Shown here piece after piece: positions 18,397 through 26,505 of a DNA stretch of 64,000 bases. The stretch comes from an uncultured Acidobacteriota bacterium (GTDB lineage: Bacteria > Acidobacteriota > Blastocatellia > Pyrinomonadales > Pyrinomonadaceae), in contig OY970352.1 of assembly GCA_963718105.1 (NCBI GenBank), positions 2,546,237 through 2,610,236 on the forward strand, read 5' to 3'. The notes under the pieces are model-generated. The model did no database searches. It was not told the DNA's origin and saw only the letters and a list, made by a program, of their open reading frames with translations. Numbering within the stretch: position 1 is the stretch's first letter; every line of letters starts with the position of its first letter. Position numbers and translations under genes: made by a program.

Positions 18397-18942
18397 TCAT
18401 TTGCCGGTGCCGCCACTTGTACTAACTGCCGCAATTATTTCCTGTGACATTTCCGGCGGCAGTTTCATGACCTCCGAGATGGGGACATTGTATTGCTTGC
18501 TCCAGACACGAGAATTTTTCTCAATTTCGATCAGCTCGGCTTTGATCGTTAAATTGTCACCCTCGCGCATCACTTTTCCGGTCACGACCATCCAGGCTTT
18601 GAGGGCCTTTCCCGCCCGGCCCGGATCCTCGTTTTTTCCTTTATAGCGAATGACATCGTTACGAGGAACGATCTTTAAGGCAGAGTTTTGCGCAATTTCA
18701 TTTAACAGGCTTTCGCTCAGCTTATCGGCGATACTTCCCGCGTACCCGTCCTGATTCGCATTTTCAAAAGGCAGGACGGCGATCGTATTCGGCGCGGTGC
18801 TTCCGGAAAAGATCATGTTGCGCCACTCGGAAAAAATAATACCGCCCACGACAAAAACGCTCAGCACCAGAACCACAGTTACGGTCTGCCATTTGTTCGT
18901 TTTTTTCGCCGCCGCTTTTTCTTCCGATCCGGTATCGCTCAT
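18397..18942 (-). CDS. Membrane-anchored protein with TolB-N/CsgG-like periplasmic module
   Basis: ORF track starts at GTG 18999, which abuts repeat B2. The ATG at 18942 gives MSDTGSEEK.., then TM segment WQTVTVVLVLSVFVVGGIIF. The module IAVLPFENANQDGYAGSIADKLSESLLNEI...VTGKVMREGDNLTIKAELIEIEKNSRVWSKQY parallels residues ~180-290 of the 20715-22628 regulator. Confidence 0.65.
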   Translation of the reverse strand: MSDTGSEEKAAAKKTNKWQTVTVVLVLSVFVVGGIIFSEWRNMIFSGSTAPNTIAVLPFENANQDGYAGSIADKLSESLLNEIAQNSALKIVPRNDVIRYKGKNEDPGRAGKALKAWMVVTGKVMREGDNLTIKAELIEIEKNSRVWSKQYNVPISEVMKLPPEMSQEIIAAVSTSGGTGK

Positions 18943-19000
18943 AAAAATACTTTGAAAGTATAGTTCAGCTTGCTTCCGCGATAAAGTCAATAACTGCACT

Positions 19001-19110
19001 GTAGCGCCGCCGTCCCGGCGGCTGTCCTGAAGGCGTCTCGCCTTCAGTTATTCGCGTGGGCGGGACGCCCACACGACTGCCCCAGCCTTTAGAAGCAACG
19101 CTGGCGCTAC
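19001..19110. repeat. Multi-hairpin GC-rich repeat, family B copy 2
   Basis: Outer stem GTAGCGCC/GGCGCTAC encloses GCCGCCG-TCC-CGGCGGC, CTGAAGGCG-TCT-CGCCTTCAG and GTGGGCG-GGA-CGCCCAC. Confidence 0.85.
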
Positions 19111-19185
19111 CGGGCAGCGGCACAGCTTGTAAGTTTATTTTGCATTCGCTAAAGTACTTTCGGCTGGCGGCGAAGTTAATTTTTT

Positions 19186-20481
19186 ATGGCAACTGTTCTG
19201 TCCCGGAAAAAAAGGATAATTTTCAAGCTTGTACTGTTGTTGACCGGTACGATCTTTGGCTTGCTGATCGCGGAGGTAGCCTTAAGAGCGGCCGGTTATA
19301 GCTCGCCGGTTTTTTACAGCGTCGATGAAAGCCGCGGATACGCCTTGTCGCCCAATATGCAGGGCTGGTACCGCAAGGAAGGCGAGACCTATATCTCCAT
19401 CAACAGCGATGGCTTGCGCGATAACGAGCATCAAATTCAAAAACCCTCCGGCACCGTCAGGATAGCGGTCATCGGCGATTCGTATTCCGAGGCGCTGCAG
19501 GTCAACATTAACGAAACGTTCTGGAAAATAATGCAGGAGAAATTGAGTGCCTGCGGCGCTTTCGCCGATAAATTTGGCGGCAAGAAGATCGAGGTGATCA
19601 ACTTCGGCGTTTCCGGTTACGGCACCGCGCAGGAATTTCTGACGCTGAAGGAAAAAGTATGGAAATATTCGCCCGATATCGTGCTGCTGGCGATCACCAC
19701 CAACAACGACATCACCGACAATTACCGCGCGTTCAAACGCACCGAGATACCCTACTATATTTATCGCGATAACGAACTGGTGCTCGACGATTCGTTTCGC
19801 AGCTCAGCCAAGTTCAAATTCGACAATTCGTTTTTGGCACGGACCGGAGGCTGGCTGCGGGATAATCTGCGCGTTGTCCAGGGAATTCAGGACGGCCAGA
19901 CCGCTCTGAAATACTGGTTCGATCAGTGGAAGAAAAAGCCTGCCCCCCAGACTGCCGCGCCCGGCGAATCACCGGCATCCACCGTGCCCGCGGGTAATGA
20001 ACCCCCGAAAGCCGCACCTCCGCAAACCCCGGCCGCCAAACCGCCAACCGGAGACGTCGGCATCGACAATCAGATCTACCGCCTGCCCAAAGACGAGCAG
20101 TGGAATGAAGCCTGGCGCGTTACCGAGGGATTGATCCTGAAGATGAACGAGGAAGTACGGGCGCACGACGCGAAATTCGTCGTGGCGACCCTCAGCAACG
20201 GCGCGCAGGTTTTGCCCGATCCTAAGGCGCGCGCGGACCAGTTGGCTTATCTCGGCGTGGAAGATATTTTCTACCCCGATAACCGGATTAAAAATTTCGC
20301 GGAAAAAAACTCGATACCGGTAGTTACTCTCGCGCCGGAGCTGCAAAAATACGCCGAGCAAAATCATATCTTTCTGCACGGCTTTGAAAAAAATCTGGGT
20401 TTTGGGCACTGGAACCAGGCAGGACATCGTATGGGGGGAGAACTGCTTGGTAAGCATTTTTGCAGTGAGGTCATGAAATAG
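19186..20481 (+). CDS. SGNH/GDSL-type hydrolase-like protein with N-terminal anchor and Pro-rich insert
   Basis: N-terminal TM segment IFKLVLLLTGTIFGLLIAEVAL. Block I motif RIAVIGDSYSE. Pro/Ala-rich insert KKPAPQTAAPGESPASTVPAGNEPPKAAPPQTPAAKPP. Confidence 0.65.
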   Translation: MATVLSRKKRIIFKLVLLLTGTIFGLLIAEVALRAAGYSSPVFYSVDESRGYALSPNMQGWYRKEGETYISINSDGLRDNEHQIQKPSGTVRIAVIGDSYSEALQVNINETFWKIMQEKLSACGAFADKFGGKKIEVINFGVSGYGTAQEFLTLKEKVWKYSPDIVLLAITTNNDITDNYRAFKRTEIPYYIYRDNELVLDDSFRSSAKFKFDNSFLARTGGWLRDNLRVVQGIQDGQTALKYWFDQWKKKPAPQTAAPGESPASTVPAGNEPPKAAPPQTPAAKPPTGDVGIDNQIYRLPKDEQWNEAWRVTEGLILKMNEEVRAHDAKFVVATLSNGAQVLPDPKARADQLAYLGVEDIFYPDNRIKNFAEKNSIPVVTLAPELQKYAEQNHIFLHGFEKNLGFGHWNQAGHRMGGELLGKHFCSEVMK

Positions 20482-20534
20482 GCTTTGTCTCTGAAGTCTT
20501 TTTTCCTATCAAACAAGCTAATCGATAGCTTATC

Positions 20535-20648
20535 GGAGCGGGCGCAAGCGGCCCTTCCTGACTGCAAATTTACTTAGATTCTATATTTCACCTTCCAAGC
20601 CAACCACCTCTCAGGTCGGGAAGGGTTGCTTGCGCCCGCTCTTAAAAT
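20535..20648. repeat. BIME-like inverted-repeat element, family A copy 2
   Basis: Arms AGCGGGCGCAAGCGGCCCTTCC (20537-20558) and GGGAAGGGTTGCTTGCGCCCGCTCT (20618-20642). The right flank CTTAAAATGATACTGACGGGAC resembles that of copy 1. Confidence 0.9.
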
Positions 20649-20714
20649 GATACTGACGGGACATCGAAAGGCGGGCGAGATACTGGGTGAAAGATTCTGC
20701 CGCATCCCGATCTC

Positions 20715-22628
20715 TCAGGGCTTCAAGCCGATCCGGTTCAATAATTCACCGTAACGAGGATCATCACGCAATTTGTCGAGCGTTGGTTCGACCTTGAATT
20801 GCAGGATCGCAGGGGTACGCTCGTCAATCATTTTGTTCAGCCAAAAGAATGCCTCGTCTTTTTCTCCCAGTTGAGTATGAAGATAAGCGCGGCTTGATGA
20901 CGATGTGATTCCCCTTGCGGCCTCGATCTCTACCACCCTCTTAAGCCGATTTCGCAGAACCCCTTCCCACCCGGCTTCTTTAAAGACCGATCTGATCTCT
21001 TCGGCCCTTTCCGGTTTTACATTGTTCCACTTGATGAAAACTTCGAGCGCATCGGTGTACATTTGTTTTTGCTCATAGGCATCAAAAAGCACGTTGGAAA
21101 GGCTTCTGTCGTCCGGTTCTAAAGCGCTGATGTTCAGAGTTTGCTGAATAGCCTTGTCGTATTGTCTTGAATAGTAATAAAGCCTCCCCTTGCCCGCATT
21201 GATCGTCAGCGAACTGGGGTCGAGTTCCTGCGCCTTTTCCATTTCGGCCTCAGCCTCGTCAAAACGCCCGTTCGACATCAAAAACCAGCCATAAGCCTGG
21301 TGGATCCACGCAATGTTCGGATCCAGCTCTACCGCGGCCTTAAATTCTTTTTCCGCGGCCTCCCAGTCATATTCATATTGATACTTTAATTCGGCGAGCG
21401 CATTGTGCGCCTGTGCCAAAGAGCTGTCGATCTCCAGCGCTTTGACGATATTGGGCCTTGCTTTTTCGGCCGCCTCCGTCATGGATATTCTCCGGTGGCC
21501 GCTTTGCATAATATAAGCATCCGCCATACCTATGTAGGCCAGCGCAAAGTTCGGATCTTTTTGGGTTGCCTGCTGGTAGTAACCTAAACTTTCCTCTATC
21601 CAATTTTCACGCCTTCTATTCCAAATGAGCTGGCCGCGCAAATACAATTGATAGGCCTCGGCATCTTCCGTCAGGTGTTTTGTCAACTGCTCTTTTTCCT
21701 GCCCGCTCAATTGCAGTGTCAGGGCCTTGCTTATCCGTTCCGCGATAGAATCCTGCACTTTAAAGATACCGGTAAAGTTTTCGTCGAATTGCTCTGACCA
21801 GAGAGTGCTGCCGGTCGCGACATCCATTAGCCGCACAGTTACCCTGACCCGATCGCCGTCCTTTTGAATACTGCCATCCAGTACGGTCTCCGCCTTTACT
21901 TCTTTACCGGCAGCGATCGGGTCCTGCTGCAGATCGGTGTATTTGCGGACGGCGGTCATCGGCCTGACGCCCAGTTCCTTGAGACTACTCAGCCGGGTTA
22001 TAAGAGTTTCCGCCATTCCCATTTCGAGCGATTCATCCCGGCTGTCGGCGTTGAGCGGCTTGAACGGAAGGACCGCGATCGAACGGATCGGCGGTAAAGG
22101 AGTTTTTGCTGGCACCTGACGAAAAAGCAGGTAGCCGGCCATCAAAACGATCGCTATCCCGCCGATGGCCAATAAGACCGAGACGATTCCCCGTTTCTTT
22201 TTTACAGACAGTTCTGTTATTTGCCCCTCTTCGACAGGCGTTTCTTCTTTAATGTCTGCTGTACTCGGGCCGGTCGGATTTTCGCCGGTATCGTCTTTTA
22301 CTTCAGCGATAAAGCGATAGCCTCGTTTTGGAATGGTTTCAATGTACCGTGGTTGATCGGCGGAATCGCCAAGCGCGTGGCGGATCTCCTTGATGATCTT
22401 CGTCAGCGCATTGTCGCCCACAAAAGTGCCGCGCCAGATATTGCTGAACAACTCGTGTTTTTCAACCACACGGCCGTGATTTTTAAGCAAAAAAGCCAGC
22501 ACATCAAAGCCTTTGGGCGTCAGGCTGACATTTTGCCCGTTTTTCCGCACGCAAAAATTTTCAACGTCGACCGAAACGTCATCAAAGCAATATATATTGT
22601 GGTTGCCTGGCGCCGTTAAACTCATCAA
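20715..22628 (-). CDS. CadC/OmpR-type winged-helix transcriptional regulator with TM segment, TolB-N-like module and TPR domain
   Basis: N-terminal trans_reg_C-like region (LTPKGFDVLAFLLKNHGRVVEKHELFSNIW...YIETIPKRGYRFIA). TM segment IVSVLLAIGGIAIVLMAGYLLF, then IAVLPFKPLNADSRDESL..., then TPR-like repeats. Confidence 0.85.
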   Translation of the reverse strand: MMSLTAPGNHNIYCFDDVSVDVENFCVRKNGQNVSLTPKGFDVLAFLLKNHGRVVEKHELFSNIWRGTFVGDNALTKIIKEIRHALGDSADQPRYIETIPKRGYRFIAEVKDDTGENPTGPSTADIKEETPVEEGQITELSVKKKRGIVSVLLAIGGIAIVLMAGYLLFRQVPAKTPLPPIRSIAVLPFKPLNADSRDESLEMGMAETLITRLSSLKELGVRPMTAVRKYTDLQQDPIAAGKEVKAETVLDGSIQKDGDRVRVTVRLMDVATGSTLWSEQFDENFTGIFKVQDSIAERISKALTLQLSGQEKEQLTKHLTEDAEAYQLYLRGQLIWNRRRENWIEESLGYYQQATQKDPNFALAYIGMADAYIMQSGHRRISMTEAAEKARPNIVKALEIDSSLAQAHNALAELKYQYEYDWEAAEKEFKAAVELDPNIAWIHQAYGWFLMSNGRFDEAEAEMEKAQELDPSSLTINAGKGRLYYYSRQYDKAIQQTLNISALEPDDRSLSNVLFDAYEQKQMYTDALEVFIKWNNVKPERAEEIRSVFKEAGWEGVLRNRLKRVVEIEAARGITSSSSRAYLHTQLGEKDEAFFWLNKMIDERTPAILQFKVEPTLDKLRDDPRYGELLNRIGLKP

Positions 22629-22831
22629 AGAGGCAGTACTTCCTTAAAATGAAAATTTCTTTCTACTTAGAATAACACCGTCAATTTCGATTTTGTGGCA
22701 GCTAACCGTCCCGATCTCCATCAAATTTGCAAAGTCATTACAACGTCACCCTAACATCATAAAGACGTCATTACATTAAGCACGTTAAGAAGTAAGTTTA
22801 GCTGTCAGGTAATAAAACCAAGGAGTGTTCT

Positions 22832-23584
22832 ATGAAAAAAACGGCCATTTTAACTTGTTTAATAACTTTATTGACATCGTATTGCGTTTTGGCGCAAAGC
22901 AAAACGCAGGAAGCCGTAGGCCTTAACGACCGGGGCGTGTCTCAGATCGAGGATAAAAACTACGAGGCCGCGATCTCCCTTTTTGAGCGGGCCATTGTCC
23001 TGCAGCCCGGTTATGCGATGGCGCATTACAATCTCGGCACGGCGTATTTCCATTTGGGCCGTTTTGAAAAGGCCGTTCCCGCTTTCGAGCAAGCGATCAA
23101 AATATCGCCCGCCTTTGCGGACGCCTACAACCAACTCGGAGCGTCCTATCTTGAATCCGGACAAACCGAAAAAGGGATCGAGGCATTCCTCGAAGCCCTG
23201 CGTCTTAAAAAAGACGACCCTGTCATTTTCTATAATCTGGGCTGCGCGTATGTCCGCCTGCAGGATCTTGATAAAGCGATAAAATTTCTGGAGACGGCGA
23301 AGGCGTTAGATAAAAATAACGCGGAAGTACGGATCAATTTAGGATTTGCTTTGAGTAAGCTGGCGCGCTACCCGGAAGCGGCTGCCGAATTTGAAAAAGC
23401 GGTCGAGCTCGACCCGGCCGATACGGAAGCGCAATTCTTTCTCGGTGAACTTTATCTGCGTACAAAAAACAGGCAGGGGGCGATAGCGCAGTACGCAAAG
23501 ATAAAATTCTCGAACACGCAATTGGCCGACCGCTTGTACCGGGCGATATATAACGACAGAATCCTGGCTGTTTCGACGCGCTGA
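22832..23584 (+). CDS. Secreted TPR-repeat protein
   Basis: AAGGAG RBS. Signal peptide MKKTAILTCLITLLTSYCVLAQ. Six or so TPR units (AMAHYNLGTAYFHLGRFEKAVPAFEQAIKISP...). Confidence 0.85.
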   Translation: MKKTAILTCLITLLTSYCVLAQSKTQEAVGLNDRGVSQIEDKNYEAAISLFERAIVLQPGYAMAHYNLGTAYFHLGRFEKAVPAFEQAIKISPAFADAYNQLGASYLESGQTEKGIEAFLEALRLKKDDPVIFYNLGCAYVRLQDLDKAIKFLETAKALDKNNAEVRINLGFALSKLARYPEAAAEFEKAVELDPADTEAQFFLGELYLRTKNRQGAIAQYAKIKFSNTQLADRLYRAIYNDRILAVSTR

Positions 23585-23764
23585 CAAGAAGAGCGCGTCT
23601 GCAAACTTTAGGCTTCTAGAGGTTGGAATTTGTTTGCGTTCTGTTCGTCTCTTTGGTGTTATTTCGTGGTTATAGTTCTTAAACTTCGGAACCGGCGACT
23701 TAAGACTGGAACCACTAAATCACACAAAATAAACACGAACAAAGCGGCGATCTCGGCACGAAGG

Positions 23765-24142
23765 TTACTTTATGAACTTGATGGTCAATGGGTATTCCCA
23801 GAGCTCGCCGTTATTAGCCTTGATGGCGCCGATGATCGGAAACACTATGCCCATTACGGCGACAGCAAGAATGGTCAGAAATCCTATCAGGAAAAACATC
23901 AGGATGATACTCGCTATGATGTAGATCGTTGACGAGATCGCCCAGTTAACAACCATTTTGCCGTGGGCGTCGATGCCCGGCATTTTATCCTTCTGCGTTT
24001 GCCAAAGAATTATCGGCAAAATGATCCCAAGCGGAAAAAAGAGGACGTTGGCGAACTGCGAGAGATGAATAAAAAGCCCCATCTGCCTTTGTTCGGGCGT
24101 TTGCAGAGAGTTCTGCGGCGAAAACTGCATTTCGTAGCTCAT
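23765..24142 (-). CDS. DUF4870-like small membrane protein
   Basis: 125 aa with 3-4 TM segments. The ending AIKANNGELWEYPLTIKFIK is, as I recall, typical of the DUF4870 family. Confidence 0.6.
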   Translation of the reverse strand: MSYEMQFSPQNSLQTPEQRQMGLFIHLSQFANVLFFPLGIILPIILWQTQKDKMPGIDAHGKMVVNWAISSTIYIIASIILMFFLIGFLTILAVAVMGIVFPIIGAIKANNGELWEYPLTIKFIK

Positions 24143-24239
24143 AAATTATGTTCTCCTGAAGTCTAAGTAAAACCGCGCTCAATAAAAGATCTCGCGCATC
24201 CCTTGATCATCTATACGATCTTAGTACGACATTCGTTCC

Positions 24240-25532
24240 TTACTTGAGGGGCCTGCGATAAACGATCTTGCCGCCGACGATCGTCGCTACGGCCGCGCCG
24301 CGGAATTTGCGGCCGCCAAAAGGCGTGTTGCGTGATTTAGAGCGCGACTCCGAAACATCAAAGACCCATTTAAGGTGCGGGTCGATGATCGTGACATCGG
24401 CGATAGAACCCGGTTTTAGCGTTCCCCGTTCACGCATGCGAAATATTTTTGCGGGATTCGCGGCAAACAACTCCACCAACCGTACCAGATCGATAATTCC
24501 CGGATGGACCAGTTTTTCGAACGCCATACCGATCGCCGTCTCCAGCCCGGTGATGCCAAACGGCGCGCGGTCGTATTCCAGCGCCTTCTCGTCATCGTGA
24601 TGCGGGGCATGGTCGGTGGCAATGGCATCGATCGTAGAATCCTTTAGCCCTTCAAGCAGAGCCTGCACGTGTTCCTCGCTGCGCAGCGGCGGCGACATTT
24701 TTGTATTGGTGTCGTAACCTTCCACCGCGCTGTCGGTCAGGGTGAAGTGATGCGGCGCTACCTCGCAGGTAATATTAATGCCTTCGTTCTTTGCGCGGCG
24801 GACCGCTTCCACAGCGCTCTTTGTCGAAATATGCGCGATATGAATATGCGCGCCCGTCTCTTTGGCCAGGATGATGTCGCGCACGGCATCGATCTCCTCA
24901 GCCAGCGCCGGCATTCCCCGCAGGCCTAACAGCAGCGAAATTTTTCCTTCATGCATCACGCCGCCCTGGGAAAGCGATTTGTCTTCGCAATGGTCGACCA
25001 CCGGCAGATCGAAATCTTTCGCGTATTCCATCGCGCGGCGCATTATACCGGCGGTCGGAACCGGACGCCCGTCGTCGGAAACGGCCACCGCGCCCGCGGC
25101 CTTCATCTCGCCCATCTCGGCGAGTTCGGAACCGTCGGAAGATTTTGTGACCGCGCCGATAGGAAAAACGTTTGCCAGGCCGGCGCGTTCCGCCTGCTCG
25201 ATCATATAGCGGGTGATGGCCGCGTTGTCATTGACGGGCGTCGTGTTGGGCATCGGGCACACCGAAGTGAATCCGCCCGCCACCGCCGCCGCACACCCGC
25301 TGGCGATCGTCTCCTTGTGCTCCTGGCCGGGCTCACGCAGGTGAACGTGCATATCGATAAATCCCGGCGCCACTATCAAACCCGAAGCATCGAAAACTTC
25401 CGCATCCTCCGGCGCGCTTTCATTGTGTCCGAGCCAGCCGGAAACCCGGCCGTCTTCAATAAGCAAATTCTTTCCGCTATTTTGGTTTTCTAAAGGGTCG
25501 ATCAAATGACCATTGGCTATTAATAGTTTCAT
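24240..25532 (-). CDS. pyrC: Dihydroorotase
   Basis: 430 aa with metal-binding motif [12 protein letters not shown] and the later motifs HIAHISTK and ATDHAPH. Confidence 0.92.
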   Translation of the reverse strand: MKLLIANGHLIDPLENQNSGKNLLIEDGRVSGWLGHNESAPEDAEVFDASGLIVAPGFIDMHVHLREPGQEHKETIASGCAAAVAGGFTSVCPMPNTTPVNDNAAITRYMIEQAERAGLANVFPIGAVTKSSDGSELAEMGEMKAAGAVAVSDDGRPVPTAGIMRRAMEYAKDFDLPVVDHCEDKSLSQGGVMHEGKISLLLGLRGMPALAEEIDAVRDIILAKETGAHIHIAHISTKSAVEAVRRAKNEGINITCEVAPHHFTLTDSAVEGYDTNTKMSPPLRSEEHVQALLEGLKDSTIDAIATDHAPHHDDEKALEYDRAPFGITGLETAIGMAFEKLVHPGIIDLVRLVELFAANPAKIFRMRERGTLKPGSIADVTIIDPHLKWVFDVSESRSKSRNTPFGGRKFRGAAVATIVGGKIVYRRPLK

Positions 25533-25585
25533 CTAAAATTAGTCTTGATTTTCTTCTTTTTCTCTATACATTGCAGTTTGACGGG

Positions 25586-25888
25586 CTATTTATTGTATCT
25601 TGGAAATTCCTCGTTTTCCTGGCCTTTCATTGCCTGGTCTAATGAAAATTCTTGCCATTGTTTATCTTCATCGGCGATATCATCTATTTCGATGTAACCT
25701 ACGTGGCAATTTGGTTCCGGGATCGGCAACCCGTCTTCGATCATCCCTTCGATATGCAATTCCACCGCCTCATGCATTAAGGTTTTAATCTCTTTTATGG
25801 TTTTTGCTGTTGTAACACAACCGGGCAAGTCCGGTACGTACGCCGAATAATTGCTCTCCGCTTTTTCAATAACTATAGCGTAACGCAT
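25586..25888 (-). CDS. HicB-family (UPF0150) antitoxin-like protein, solitary
   Basis: The ATG at 25888 gives MRYAIVIEKAESNYSAYVPDLPGCVTTAKTIKEIKTLMHEAVELHIEGMIEDGLPIPEP, the classic HicB N-terminal fold signature. No hicA-like ORF is adjacent. AT-rich. Confidence 0.7.
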   Translation of the reverse strand: MRYAIVIEKAESNYSAYVPDLPGCVTTAKTIKEIKTLMHEAVELHIEGMIEDGLPIPEPNCHVGYIEIDDIADEDKQWQEFSLDQAMKGQENEEFPRYNK

Positions 25889-26505
25889 AATATAAAAAAT
25901 CTTCTCTGCCAGAGTTAACCAAGTCAAACTTTCGTGTCAACCCGTGACGGCTTTTTATCTCCGCAAGGCAACCTTATTTGTTTTTAACTACATCATTTGT
26001 TTAGGACAAGTTGCTTCTTTTTCTCCAAGGTGGGGGCTGGATTAACACCCGTCCGGCTAATATTATTTCCACTAATTTTTCCCTTTACAATTTATTAGAT
26101 TTTTTATCCAAAATTTTTGATAAAGTTATTGTACCGCGCTTGTGAAAATTCCCTCTATCAAATCATTATCTGTAACGAATTAAAGGATTTAGCCTGATCT
26201 TATAACTATTGGTCTTCTATTTGCGTATGAGACCAGCAGGAAAACCTGACTGTTTTTCCGGGATCTCTTCAACGGAAGATTTCTGAAGCGGTTGTTAAGA
26301 CAACCAAAGTTCCTGGTTTTGCTATACGAAAAAAAGGAACCGTTACTAAAGGGCGACGTATCGAGAAAATATCCCGCCCTTTCACCAACGGCTCCACGTT
26401 TGATGAGACTGTTACCAGACTCACGCCGCAGCCTTTTAGGCGCACGGCGGCGTAAGTATAGCACTTTTTTCAAGAAAAACTTCGTGTTTTTTCAAGGAGT
26501 TGTAA

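Noticed and set aside
25928-26505. Cobalamin or other known riboswitch upstream of the TonB-dependent receptor
   Set aside because: I could not find a B12-box-like sequence (AGYCMGGAGACCKGCC type) or other riboswitch cores by eye. The region is kept only as an unclassified structured leader.
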